NCBI GenBank assembly: GCA_963698035.1
Contig: OY969114.1
Coordinates: 510,001-542,000, forward strand
DNA from: Candidatus Saccharimonadota bacterium
GTDB lineage: Archaea > Micrarchaeota > Micrarchaeia > Micrarchaeales > Micrarchaeaceae
Length of the DNA: 32,000 nucleotides
Direction of reading: 5' to 3'
The notes below the pieces were generated by a model. The model did not search any database. It was given only the letters and a program-made list of their open reading frames with translations, and was not told the origin of the DNA. Below, piece after piece: positions 14,681 through 23,238 of this stretch; within the stretch, counting starts at the first letter, position 1, and every line of letters begins with the position of its first letter. The translations under genes and the position numbers were made by a program.

Positions 14681-14688
14681 TTTAAATA
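14681..14688 (+). promoter_or_regulatory. TATA box of the pilin-like/Hint gene
   Basis: TTTAAATA is centred about 26 nt before 14710, giving a near-leaderless or very short-leader transcript for the 14713 or 14722 start. Confidence 0.45.
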
Positions 14689-14721
14689 TCCATGCTCCGT
14701 TCATTCTAGCAGTTGATTCTG

Positions 14722-16986
14722 ATGGGCCCTAGGCATAGGCGTAGCACTGCCGGGCAGCAGTCAGCAATAGAATTGCTCAGCACATATGCGTGGGCATTCA
14801 TAATAGTGGCACTGCTCGTTGTAGCGATAGGGATTTACTTAGGAATTGCACCCAGTTCGCAGCTTGTATCCTCTCAGTGCAACATACAGCCACTGCTCCC
14901 ATGCCCGCAGACCCTCCTAGCGCACACCGCAGTGGCTACGCAGGCGGTCTACAAGATGCTGATGGTAAATAATCTTGCGCCTTATCTCTACTTCGCACCA
15001 AACACATTTGTCGTTACTGTGACAAATGCAGGCGTAACATCTGGCAACTATACAGGCAGCTGCACACCCTATCTCACGGCGAAGGGCGATGAGGTGATAT
15101 GCCAGGCGAACCTGTCGACATCCAACTTGCCATCTTTGGGCACATCCGCCAACATAAACTTCAAGGTGCAGTACCAGATATGCAGCACTGCAAATGTGAT
15201 GCAGTGCCCAAGCGTGATATACACGACAACGGGATACTCGCTGCAGGCGGTTACACTGTCGCCGCCCAGTCTATACACTCTTACGCTCGCTTCATCCCCG
15301 AATACTACGCTTGTGATAGGGCAGCAGAGATACTCTGCAGGGAGTACGATATACCTACCGCTGGGAAGATACACCCTCTTCGCGATAACGCCCGCAGGCT
15401 ACATCTTCAGTTCCTGGACCTCTAGCGGGGGAGCTTCAGCCCTATCTTCAACAGCACAGAACACCACCCTCACACTTTCATCAAACGGAATGATTAGCGC
15501 AACATTCTATGTGCAGACAATCAGCACCACAATCTCCACTACAATCTCCACCACCCTCGGCTCCTCCATCTCTACCTCAATCTCCACATCCATCTCCTCA
15601 ACATCCATCTCCTCCACTTCCATCTCTTCCACCTCCATCTCCACTTCAATCTCCTCAACATCCATCTCCTCCACTTCCATCTCTTCCACCTCCGTCACTT
15701 CCATCTCTTCCACTTCCATCTCCTCCACCACCCTAAAATCCTCCTCCACCACCCTAAAATCCTCCACTTCAATCTCCACCTCCATCTCCTCAACATCCAT
15801 CTCCTCCACTTCCATCTCTTCCACCTCCATCTCCACTTCAATCTCCTCAACATCCATCTCCTCCACTTCCATCTCTTCCACCTCCGTCACTTCCATCTCT
15901 TCCACTTCCATCTCCTCCACCACCCTAAAATCCTCCTCCACCACCCTAAAATCCTCCACTTCAATCTCCACCTCCATCTCCTCAACATCCATCTCCTCCA
16001 CTTCCATCTCTTCCACCTCCATCTCCACTTCAATCTCCTCAACATCCATCTCCTCCACTTCCATCTCTTCCACCTCCGTCACTTCCATCTCTTCCACTTC
16101 CATCTCCTCCACCACCCTAAAATCCTCCTCCACCACCCTAAAATCCTCCACTTCAATCTCCACCTCCATCTCCTCAACATCCATCTCCTCCACTTCCATC
16201 TCTTCCACCTCCATCTCCACTTCAATCTCCTCAACATCCATCTCCTCCACTTCCATCTCTTCCACCTCCGTCACTTCCATCTCTTCCACTTCCATCTCCT
16301 CCACTACCACCTATCAAACAACCTCAATTTCGAGTATATGTGCCTGCGGCGGTCTGTACCTTCTCTGCAGCGTGGCACAATGCTCTGGCTGCCCCGCCTC
16401 GTGCCCATCCACGGATATTGGAAATCCACAGCCCCAATGTCCCACCCTAGATGAGTGGGGTTGCGTATGCACTGGCGGTGGCTGTAGCTCTGGCTCCACC
16501 ACCGTAACCGTGACAATATTCACCACAATAATAACATACACCGTTACCACCATCAACACCGCCAGCTCATCGTTCCTGGGATCCACACTAGTGCTCATGG
16601 CCGACGGCTCCTATCAGCAAATCGCCACTATAGAACCCGGTGATATTGTGATGTCTTATGACCCGGCAAATCACAAAATGTATCCAAACGTTGTTTTAGC
16701 CGTTCCTGTATTCGAGATAGGCGGCACCTATACAATAAACAACAATGTAACGACGGACGGGTTTGAGGCATTCTATGTCCTGCGCAATGGAACTTACACA
16801 TGGGTGCACACTTCGAACCTGACAGTGGGAGACCAGATATACGACCCATTAACCGGCTCTTCCCTGAGGGTTAACAGCATAAAGATTAAGAATCTCGGTT
16901 GCATATGCGGACGGGTCTATGACATAATCGGGGCATCCGGTAATAATTTCATAGTGAAGGGTGGGTATCTAGCCGATAAATTGTAA
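14722..16986 (+). CDS. Surface protein: class III (archaeal type IV pilin-like) signal peptide + globular domain + S/T/I tandem-repeat stalk + Cys-rich segment + C-terminal Hint domain
   Basis: N-terminus MGPRHRRSTAGQQSAIELLSTYAWAFIIVALLVVAIGIYLGI. One frame stays open through the repeats. The C-terminal 137 aa carry Hint block A (FLGSTLVLMADGSYQQIATIEPGDIVMSYD) and block F/G-like VYDIIGASGNNFIVKGG. ATG 14722 is preferred over the track's TTG 14713. Confidence 0.75.
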   Translation: MGPRHRRSTAGQQSAIELLSTYAWAFIIVALLVVAIGIYLGIAPSSQLVSSQCNIQPLLPCPQTLLAHTAVATQAVYKMLMVNNLAPYLYFAPNTFVVTVTNAGVTSGNYTGSCTPYLTAKGDEVICQANLSTSNLPSLGTSANINFKVQYQICSTANVMQCPSVIYTTTGYSLQAVTLSPPSLYTLTLASSPNTTLVIGQQRYSAGSTIYLPLGRYTLFAITPAGYIFSSWTSSGGASALSSTAQNTTLTLSSNGMISATFYVQTISTTISTTISTTLGSSISTSISTSISSTSISSTSISSTSISTSISSTSISSTSISSTSVTSISSTSISSTTLKSSSTTLKSSTSISTSISSTSISSTSISSTSISTSISSTSISSTSISSTSVTSISSTSISSTTLKSSSTTLKSSTSISTSISSTSISSTSISSTSISTSISSTSISSTSISSTSVTSISSTSISSTTLKSSSTTLKSSTSISTSISSTSISSTSISSTSISTSISSTSISSTSISSTSVTSISSTSISSTTTYQTTSISSICACGGLYLLCSVAQCSGCPASCPSTDIGNPQPQCPTLDEWGCVCTGGGCSSGSTTVTVTIFTTIITYTVTTINTASSSFLGSTLVLMADGSYQQIATIEPGDIVMSYDPANHKMYPNVVLAVPVFEIGGTYTINNNVTTDGFEAFYVLRNGTYTWVHTSNLTVGDQIYDPLTGSSLRVNSIKIKNLGCICGRVYDIIGASGNNFIVKGGYLADKL
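15570..16305 (+). repeat. Tandem repeat, 192-bp unit x about 3.8, near-identical copies, in-frame coding (64-aa S/T/I unit ending TTLKSSSTTLKSS)
   Basis: The marker ACCCTAAAATCC recurs at 15730, 15922 and 16114, exactly 192 nt apart. By eye the flanking sequence matches base for base. The unit is built from a 15-nt S-T-S-I-S sub-repeat. Confidence 0.9.
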
Positions 16987-17009
16987 TAAAAGTTTCAAAA
17001 GGTGTATGA

Positions 17010-17858
17010 ATGGAACAGGGCAATGAAGCAGCAAATGAGAATTACAATACACAAAAGGTCCCGGATACGAAGACATCTCAGGGTCCTGTTGCCCTGCTGG
17101 GCCCCCCCGCAGCCACGAAACCACTAAAGACGTATGCCGCCGCCATAGTCATAGTTGTTGTAATGTTGGCAATCGTATTTACCGCAATATCTCTAAATTT
17201 CATACATTTAACTACATCTACAACCTCTACAACCTCCGCACCACCCCCCGCAAGCACAACCATCTACAGCAACCCAAACTACACCGCGCATATCAACAGA
17301 ATACAAAGTTTCCTTAACACCGCATCGCTTCCGGTAGGCCCAACCTATTATGTTCTCAACCCCTACCTGCAGCCAATCCCAGAATGCAACTTTAGCGGAT
17401 GGGAAAAATGGTACATAGAAAATGGATTCTCGGACAACTCGGCATTGTACCAGAACTACTCAAAACTTAACCAGAGCATCCCATTTGCATGGGAGGTCAT
17501 AATCGGGTTTTCTAATACGACAAAAGCCTACAACGCTACGATAAACGGAAATGGTGGGTACTGCTCAAGCATTATACATAATGTGACCCTCTTATCATCT
17601 TTTACATCTTCTAAACAGAGGTTCTATAACAACGCAACGGGTTACCTTGTCACGTTCACAAACTTCACCAGTGCTGGGTTGAACCTGACAAACAGCTACT
17701 ACATAGGACCAAAGCCTAATCTTGAATGGTCCTTTTCTATGGTAAACTACAATGGCATATGGATACGTGTGGCTGCATGGGGATTCTACAACGAAATAAA
17801 CGAATCGCAGCTCATAAACTGGACAAACATAACTGCAATGCTTTATAGCACCTCATAA
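17010..17858 (+). CDS. Membrane-anchored extracellular protein, Thr-rich linker, dense N-glycosylation sequons
   Basis: A single TM (AAAIVIVVVMLAIVFTAISLNFI) follows a roughly 40-aa cytoplasmic head. A TTSTTSTTSAPPPASTT linker and about 13 N-x-S/T sequons follow. No homolog recognised. Confidence 0.6.
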   Translation: MEQGNEAANENYNTQKVPDTKTSQGPVALLGPPAATKPLKTYAAAIVIVVVMLAIVFTAISLNFIHLTTSTTSTTSAPPPASTTIYSNPNYTAHINRIQSFLNTASLPVGPTYYVLNPYLQPIPECNFSGWEKWYIENGFSDNSALYQNYSKLNQSIPFAWEVIIGFSNTTKAYNATINGNGGYCSSIIHNVTLLSSFTSSKQRFYNNATGYLVTFTNFTSAGLNLTNSYYIGPKPNLEWSFSMVNYNGIWIRVAAWGFYNEINESQLINWTNITAMLYSTS

Positions 17859-17890
17859 AAGTCCAGCATATAAACCAAGGCGCATTAGGT

Positions 17891-18451
17891 ATGAAAAGAA
17901 GACAAATAGCATTCGTCGTATCCTTTGCAGCATTGATTATAGCTACAGTTATCTTCTCACTCGTATATATTGCTGTTAACCTGCCATTTTCAAAGTTGCC
18001 AGATTTGTCTAATTATGGGTTTTTATCGCATAACTATACCACGGTTTCCAACAGCTGCGAGAACATGCATGACTTAAATTTGACCGTCATCTGCGTCGAG
18101 CTCCTCAGCCCTTCCTCCAACAGCATAGCCCTGCCCCCAAAAATTGTATTTTCATATTATCTGTTTGGCAACAAAAACAGTGCTGATGCATATATTATCA
18201 GCGCCACCAAGTATATTGACACGTCCGCTGTAAATAACTCAGGGAGTGGGCATGCATTTTTGTATTCAATACAATCGTTTGTCAACGGCGATAATTCAAC
18301 AACCACATATTCGCAGGATGGCAGTTCGGTATTTGAAGTTAGCGTCCTCCACAACCTCTCACAGTCCCAATCAAATGTGGATAATATAGCATTTAACCTT
18401 ACCGATGCTCTCTGGCAGACCCAACCAACATTTCAACCTTTTTCGAGGTAG
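17891..18451 (+). CDS. Signal-anchored extracellular protein with N-x-S/T sequons
   Basis: N-terminus MKRRQIAFVVSFAALIIATVIFSLVYIAV is a signal anchor. Several sequons are present. The gene is AT-rich and same-strand, 33 nt after the previous gene. Confidence 0.55.
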   Translation: MKRRQIAFVVSFAALIIATVIFSLVYIAVNLPFSKLPDLSNYGFLSHNYTTVSNSCENMHDLNLTVICVELLSPSSNSIALPPKIVFSYYLFGNKNSADAYIISATKYIDTSAVNNSGSGHAFLYSIQSFVNGDNSTTTYSQDGSSVFEVSVLHNLSQSQSNVDNIAFNLTDALWQTQPTFQPFSR

Positions 18452-18597
18452 AATTTGCCTGGAGCATGGCTGAAGGTTTTCCTGTATAAAAACGGCTCTG
18501 CAGCGCGTTATTACAAAAACTCGATTACCTATGCATATCTATTGGCAGAGAGGCTTTCACAGAATCTGATCAATCCAGCAGCTTAGTCTTAGCATAT

Positions 18598-19149
18598 TCA
18601 CATCCTTCCCCTCGACTCTCCCCTGGCAATCCCGCTTGAGACAAGGTGCGATACCCTGATAAGATCGACGCATGCCCTTACGAGCTCTTCGGCGTGGTCG
18701 CCAAGCTCCGCCTCCGCGTAGAAGCCCGCTATCCTCCTTGCCTTTCTCTGCTTTCCGAGCAGGTGCACCTTCTTCTTTAGTGCCTCCTTTCCCCTCTCCT
18801 GCAGCTTCAGTGCCCTCCTTAACAGCCCCGGCCGCGGCCTGCCCCTCGTTATTATTGCAACCTTGACCTTGAGCCCCTTTTCAAGCTTCTCCACATCCAC
18901 CAAATTAAGGCCTGCCAAGGCTATCCCGTTCAGCGCTATAAGTCTCACTTGCTCCCCGAACCTCGACCCCTTCATCATTTTTATTATCTTTTGGGTCGCA
19001 TCCGCCCCATCTACCGTTATATGCTCGGATAGCACACCTTCTATCCCATGGGTTGTCCCGATGACGCATACAAGCAGGCTCTTAGCTGGTCTCCCGGTTC
19101 TCTTTATAGGCCCTGTTGTTATTGCGGCTATCCTTACTCCGCTCTTCAA
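18598..19149 (-). CDS. DUF99/UPF0215 family protein (endonuclease V-like fold)
   Basis: Typical length for the family. It has the conserved archaeal neighbourhood with rpoL and csl4. The family call rests on sequence recollection (VIGTTHGIEGVLS..ITVDGADAT...NGIALAGLNLVD). Confidence 0.6.
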   Translation of the reverse strand: MKSGVRIAAITTGPIKRTGRPAKSLLVCVIGTTHGIEGVLSEHITVDGADATQKIIKMMKGSRFGEQVRLIALNGIALAGLNLVDVEKLEKGLKVKVAIITRGRPRPGLLRRALKLQERGKEALKKKVHLLGKQRKARRIAGFYAEAELGDHAEELVRACVDLIRVSHLVSSGIARGESRGRM

Positions 19150-19156
19150 GAAATCC

Positions 19157-19441
19157 CTACCTCTTCTTCGATATCCCCGCCTTCAGCTCCTTTACATTGT
19201 CCCTTATCCTCTCGACCGCTGCCTCCAGTGCAGTTGATGCGCCCTTCTTCACTGTCTTTATCACGAGTATTGGCTTCCCCACATCGGGGTGCTCCTTCGA
19301 TACCCCCGCGAAGCTCACATCCCCGTCCTGAAGCAGCTCGTGCACTATCAGGTCCGGCAGGGTTATGTCCCCCAAATCGAACTCTATGATAAGCTCCTTT
19401 GTCTCGTTCTTGATTACCTTTATATCCATCAAATCAACCAT
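19157..19441 (-). CDS. rpoL: DNA-directed RNA polymerase subunit L (Rpo11/Rpb11-like)
   Basis: KVIKNETKELIIEFDLGDITLPDLIVHELLQDGDVSFAGVSKEHPDVGKPILVIKT matches the RpoL pattern, and the length (94 aa) fits. Confidence 0.8.
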   Translation of the reverse strand: MVDLMDIKVIKNETKELIIEFDLGDITLPDLIVHELLQDGDVSFAGVSKEHPDVGKPILVIKTVKKGASTALEAAVERIRDNVKELKAGISKKR

Positions 19442-19442
19442 A

Positions 19443-20087
19443 CTACGAAAACAGCTTTTTTATCTCTTGCGGGTTGTTGTAGTAGATGCTGACCTTCTTG
19501 TGCTCTGCCCTCCTGCAGTTGTCGCACAGGAGCACGCCCGGCCTGTCGCCCTTCTTCATCTGCTGCCCGCAGATTTTGCACCAGGAGTAAACCACCCCGG
19601 TCTCAGGCCCTCCAAGCCCCAGCACGTAGATGTCGGTCTCCTCCGCTATCACCCTCGCTATTATAGTATCACCAGTTCCGCAGGGTCTCTCCTCACTCTC
19701 TCCTCCTCTTTCCCTTCCACGGTCCATCCTTCCGCGATCCATCCTGTCGTGCATCATCCTTCCGCCGCCGAACCTGTCATCCCTCGACCTCATTATTATC
19801 TTGCCGTCCTTCGGTGCAAAGTACTCCCTGTTCTTCGATGTTATGTTGTCTATGTTCACGAATACAACCTTCTTCATGTCGTCCGCCACAGTCCCCAGCA
19901 CGAGCATGTCCCTGGCGAACTTCCTTATCTCCTTTATCGGGACTACGCTTATCTTCCCGTCCTTTATGAACTGCATGCCTGTAGCAGACGCAAAGATGCT
20001 CCCATCCTCCACATAGGTGTTGTCAGAGGGGGCGTATTCCTCCTCTGTCGACAGCCTGTCTCCCGGGTTTACGAACCTCTCATCCAT
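19443..20087 (-). CDS. csl4: Exosome complex RNA-binding protein Csl4 (with RG/RM-rich insertion)
   Basis: N-terminus VNPGDRLSTEEEY, an S1-like core and a C-terminal zinc ribbon CKICGQQM...LLCDNCRRAE. It is adjacent to rpoL, as in many archaea. Confidence 0.8.
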   Translation of the reverse strand: MDERFVNPGDRLSTEEEYAPSDNTYVEDGSIFASATGMQFIKDGKISVVPIKEIRKFARDMLVLGTVADDMKKVVFVNIDNITSKNREYFAPKDGKIIMRSRDDRFGGGRMMHDRMDRGRMDRGRERGGESEERPCGTGDTIIARVIAEETDIYVLGLGGPETGVVYSWCKICGQQMKKGDRPGVLLCDNCRRAEHKKVSIYYNNPQEIKKLFS

Positions 20088-20095
20088 ATTATCAA

Positions 20096-20758
20096 CTATC
20101 TATTTTTCTCCTCTATGAGCACCGAGTTCTTCATCGACGCCTCCTTCCTGAGCGCCCTGTAGACCGCTAGCAGCGTGTTGTACTTCGCCCTTGTCCTCCC
20201 CCTCGAGAAGCTCCACAGGTCCTTCACGCCCGCGAGCTCCAGCATCTTCTTTACCGGTTTGCTGGCCACCACGCCCAGCCCTCTCGGCGCCGGCTTGAGT
20301 ATCACCTCCACGCTTGAGCACTTGCCCTTCACAACGATTGGTATGCTGTGCGGCATCCCGCACATGCACTGCCACGAGCCGCATCCGAATATCACGGGTA
20401 TTACCTTCGACTTCGCGTTCTTGATCGCCCGGTCGATTGCCGCCCTAACCTCTACCTCCTTTCCGCTACCGACCCCTATGTGCCCTCTGCCATCCCCGAC
20501 TATCGCCGTGACCCTGAACTTGGCCTTCCTGTTGTTCTTCGTCATCCTCTGCGTGCTGGCGATCTCTATGACCTCGTTCTTGAGGTCTGGTATGAGCGCG
20601 TCTATTATCTCGGTCTCCTCGATGTGCTTCCCCTCATGGAATATCTGCTCTATGGAGGTGACCTCGTGGCTCTTTACGCGCTTGCCGAGCTCGGTCTTCG
20701 GCTCCCACGCGTTTATGTCGAACTTCGGTTCCTCATCTCTCCTTGGTCTATTCTCCAA
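20096..20758 (-). CDS. rps5: 30S ribosomal protein uS5
   Basis: FRVTAIVGDGRGHIGVGSGKEVEVRAAIDRAIKNAK...LKPAPRGLGVVA...LAGVKDLWS. Confidence 0.9.
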   Translation of the reverse strand: MENRPRRDEEPKFDINAWEPKTELGKRVKSHEVTSIEQIFHEGKHIEETEIIDALIPDLKNEVIEIASTQRMTKNNRKAKFRVTAIVGDGRGHIGVGSGKEVEVRAAIDRAIKNAKSKVIPVIFGCGSWQCMCGMPHSIPIVVKGKCSSVEVILKPAPRGLGVVASKPVKKMLELAGVKDLWSFSRGRTRAKYNTLLAVYRALRKEASMKNSVLIEEKNR

Positions 20759-20762
20759 CTAA

Positions 20763-21305
20763 TCACTCCAGTACCTTCCTCTTCACGCTCTCGAAGAGCG
20801 TTCCTATGTTTGAAATATCTATATTGTCCTTCGAATATCTTGAAAACTGCGTTCCCTGCGCCTTCCCCCCTTTTGCGTATTCCGAGATGTGGCCTCCCGA
20901 AAGCCTCTTCTCATCGATCTCTATGCTATTTATCAGCTTTATGCCTCCGTCTGAGACTCCCCTCGCTCCTGCAAACACCACAGACGACCTTACCGGTTTG
21001 TAGAGCCCCACGTCGAGCACAGCCTCGCTCTTTACCGCCTCTTTGCCCTTCTTTGCAAGAAGGAGCCCTGTCAAGTATGCTGTGGGTATGTTCACCCTCG
21101 ATGGCCAGCCCAGCTTCACCAACTCCCCCGACTCTGCCGATGCGAGCACCCTGTCGCCCTTCCTTTCATACGATACCACTTGGATGAGTATCCTCCTATT
21201 GCTCCTCCTCACCACTATCCGTGGCAGGCCGCTCTTCAGCAGAGCCATTCTCCGCTTGTAGTTCGTCTTCGCGCTCCTCTTCCTCGCTTTTATGTGCCTG
21301 TACAT
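20763..21305 (-). CDS. rpl18: 50S ribosomal protein uL18
   Basis: RRMALLKSGLPRIVVRRSNRRILIQVV, plus position between eL19 and uS5. Confidence 0.9.
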   Translation of the reverse strand: MYRHIKARKRSAKTNYKRRMALLKSGLPRIVVRRSNRRILIQVVSYERKGDRVLASAESGELVKLGWPSRVNIPTAYLTGLLLAKKGKEAVKSEAVLDVGLYKPVRSSVVFAGARGVSDGGIKLINSIEIDEKRLSGGHISEYAKGGKAQGTQFSRYSKDNIDISNIGTLFESVKRKVLE

Positions 21306-21312
21306 ATAATCA

Positions 21313-21786
21313 TCAGATATGCCTCAATTTCGCTGCCCTCTCCTCTGTCATGTTGATTCCCTTGCTCCTGATGTGGTTTATCAGGGACCACTTGTTCGCA
21401 AATGTGCCTCCCTTGACAAGGAGGTAGAACCTCTTGAATGTCTGGTTGTCGATTGTCTTGTCGTTCTTTAGTGCCTTGAGGACCCTCCTCTGGCCGCGCA
21501 CCCTCTTCTTGTAATCCACGCTCATCCTCGTCTTCGCCGTGCCCCTCCTGCTTCCGGAGCCCCTGCCCCTCCCCATCATCTTCTTCGCACGCGCTATCTT
21601 AGCCCTCCTACTTACGTTGTGCTTCTTCAGCAGGGCGTAGACCTTGCCCGACTTGACCATCTCCCTCACATCGTCTGTAGTGAGCGCCTTCTGGGCGTCT
21701 GGTACCGCATCTTTCTTTATCCTTACCTTGCTCTCGCCCCTCTGCATTATCCTTGCAGCTGCCCTCCTGGTGAATTTGATGCTCAT
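21313..21786 (-). CDS. rpl19e: 50S ribosomal protein eL19
   Basis: RRAAARIMQRGESKVRI...GSRRGTAKTRM pattern, plus gene order. Confidence 0.9.
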   Translation of the reverse strand: MSIKFTRRAAARIMQRGESKVRIKKDAVPDAQKALTTDDVREMVKSGKVYALLKKHNVSRRAKIARAKKMMGRGRGSGSRRGTAKTRMSVDYKKRVRGQRRVLKALKNDKTIDNQTFKRFYLLVKGGTFANKWSLINHIRSKGINMTEERAAKLRHI

Positions 21787-22160
21787 TATAAACCACTGTT
21801 GGCGTTCACAATCCTTACCTTGCCATCCTTGGCTGCGCCTATCAGCTCGCGCCTCTTCCTGCTCGAGACATCGTGGGCTATCGCGACCTCGTAGCTTTCG
21901 GCGTCGCTGCTTACCTGTATCTTCCTGAGTTCCGATATGTTGTGGACCACTGCGAGCCTCTTTCCCGACGCCCTTATGTGCTTCAGGCTCTCTGGGTTGC
22001 CGTACCCTATCGTCGGCTCCGCGCCCATGAAGTCTTTCTTTATCCTCTTCTTGTTGTCTATCCCTCTCTGCTTCCTCCAGCGCTCCTGCACTCTCTTCCT
22101 GTGCTTTGCGCCGAAGTTCGGGATGCTGAATTTTGGATGTTTTCTCTTTAGCATGATCAT
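21786..22160 (-). CDS. rpl32e: 50S ribosomal protein eL32
   Basis: HPKFSIPNFGAKHRKRVQERWRKQRGIDNKKR...PTIGYG pattern. Confidence 0.9.
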   Translation of the reverse strand: MIMLKRKHPKFSIPNFGAKHRKRVQERWRKQRGIDNKKRIKKDFMGAEPTIGYGNPESLKHIRASGKRLAVVHNISELRKIQVSSDAESYEVAIAHDVSSRKRRELIGAAKDGKVRIVNANSGL

Positions 22161-22693
22161 TCCTCCAATGCGTAGTATATACCGTCCTGGAATACCCTCT
22201 CGTCTTTATTCCTTATCTTGCTCGCCTTCCTTATGTTCGCAGCTGTCTGGGTCACATCGTCGAGCCTGATGCCGTATATGCGTATGTTCTGCCCCTTCAC
22301 CTCCACCTTTGTGCTCCCCACGATCTTCGCAGTCCTTGCGGCCCTCTCGCCTACCATGTTCTTTATTACAAGGACATTGCCTTTCACCTCTGCTGTGAGG
22401 GGGAAGTGAGCGTAGATGCTCTGCATCTTTATCTCAAAGTATTTTCCTACTCCTTCCATGTCATTCCTCAGCTCCTTGCTTAGCGCTCCCATGGCCTTCA
22501 CCGCCTTCCCGTTCAGCACCTTCGATTCTGTAGGTGTTATCGTTATGCTTCCCTGGCCAACAGATACGCCGAGCAGTGCGGAGTTGAATGCCCTCCTGTT
22601 CTCCCCAAGGCCGCCCTTTATCATTATCTCGGCTCCGCTGACTGTGGCGCTTATGCCTTCCTGGAGCTTCAAGGATACCATAATATCATTCAA
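22157..22693 (-). CDS. rpl6: 50S ribosomal protein uL6
   Basis: VGERAARTAKIVGSTKVEVKG...VTQTAANIR...RVFQDGIY pattern, plus gene order. Confidence 0.9.
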   Translation of the reverse strand: MNDIMVSLKLQEGISATVSGAEIMIKGGLGENRRAFNSALLGVSVGQGSITITPTESKVLNGKAVKAMGALSKELRNDMEGVGKYFEIKMQSIYAHFPLTAEVKGNVLVIKNMVGERAARTAKIVGSTKVEVKGQNIRIYGIRLDDVTQTAANIRKASKIRNKDERVFQDGIYYALEE

Positions 22694-23082
22694 TAAACGT
22701 ATGCCAGCAGCCTTCCTCCTATGTTCGCCTGCTTGGCCTGCCTGTTTGTCATCACGCCCTGCGGCGTAGAAAGTATCAGTATGCCGAAATCCCTGCTCGG
22801 TATATACCTAGACTCGTACCTCTGTATGTCGTCCTTGCCAACAGAGTACCTGGGCTTTATAACCCCCATGCTGTTTATCTTGTTGGAGAGCATAACCTTC
22901 AGCATCTTCGCGTGCCTATCGCTGAACTCCTCATAGTCCTTTATGTATAATTCCCTCTTCATGACGTCGAGCACAGCCTTTATCATCTTCGTAGAGTGGA
23001 GCACGCAGGACTCCCTGCCTATGCGCTCGTTCGTCTTTATCGCGTTAACAGCGTCAGAAAATCTATCCATAATATCAGCCAT
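22690..23082 (-). CDS. rps8: 30S ribosomal protein uS8
   Basis: [20 protein letters not shown]...[13 protein letters not shown]...GGRLLAYVY. The internal ATG at 23082 is preferred because the track start would overlap uS14 extensively. Confidence 0.9.
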   Translation of the reverse strand: MADIMDRFSDAVNAIKTNERIGRESCVLHSTKMIKAVLDVMKRELYIKDYEEFSDRHAKMLKVMLSNKINSMGVIKPRYSVGKDDIQRYESRYIPSRDFGILILSTPQGVMTNRQAKQANIGGRLLAYVY

Positions 23083-23233
23083 ATTTCTTGAATCCGAGCT
23101 TCGGGGCCACCTCACGGAAGCATCTTCTGCACAGCTGCAGATGGTGCGCCCTTATGAGGCCGCGCGGGCCGCCGCAGAGGCGGCACTTCCTCGTGCCCTT
23201 GCCCCTGAACTTTTCTTCGTTTCTTACCTTCAT
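23075..23233 (-). CDS. rps14: 30S ribosomal protein uS14 (zinc-binding type), 52 aa; missed by the ORF track
   Basis: Manual translation gives [52 protein letters not shown], with the CxxC...CxxC motif. It sits in the canonical slot between uL5 and uS8. Confidence 0.85.
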   Translation of the reverse strand: MKVRNEEKFRGKGTRKCRLCGGPRGLIRAHHLQLCRRCFREVAPKLGFKKYG

Positions 23234-23238
23234 AAATA

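Noticed and set aside
15570-16305. Possible CRISPR array (regular repeats)
   Set aside because: There are no unique spacers between the repeats. The whole 192-bp unit repeats head-to-tail and is in-frame coding sequence within a long ORF.
15507-16310. 267-aa minus-strand ORF (MVVEEMEVEEMEV...) and the 75-aa plus-strand P/S-rich ORF at 15509-15736
   Set aside because: Both lie entirely inside the 192-bp tandem repeat, whose composition removes stop codons in several frames. Only the S-T-S-I-S frame is continuous with the pilin-like N-terminus and the Hint C-terminus.
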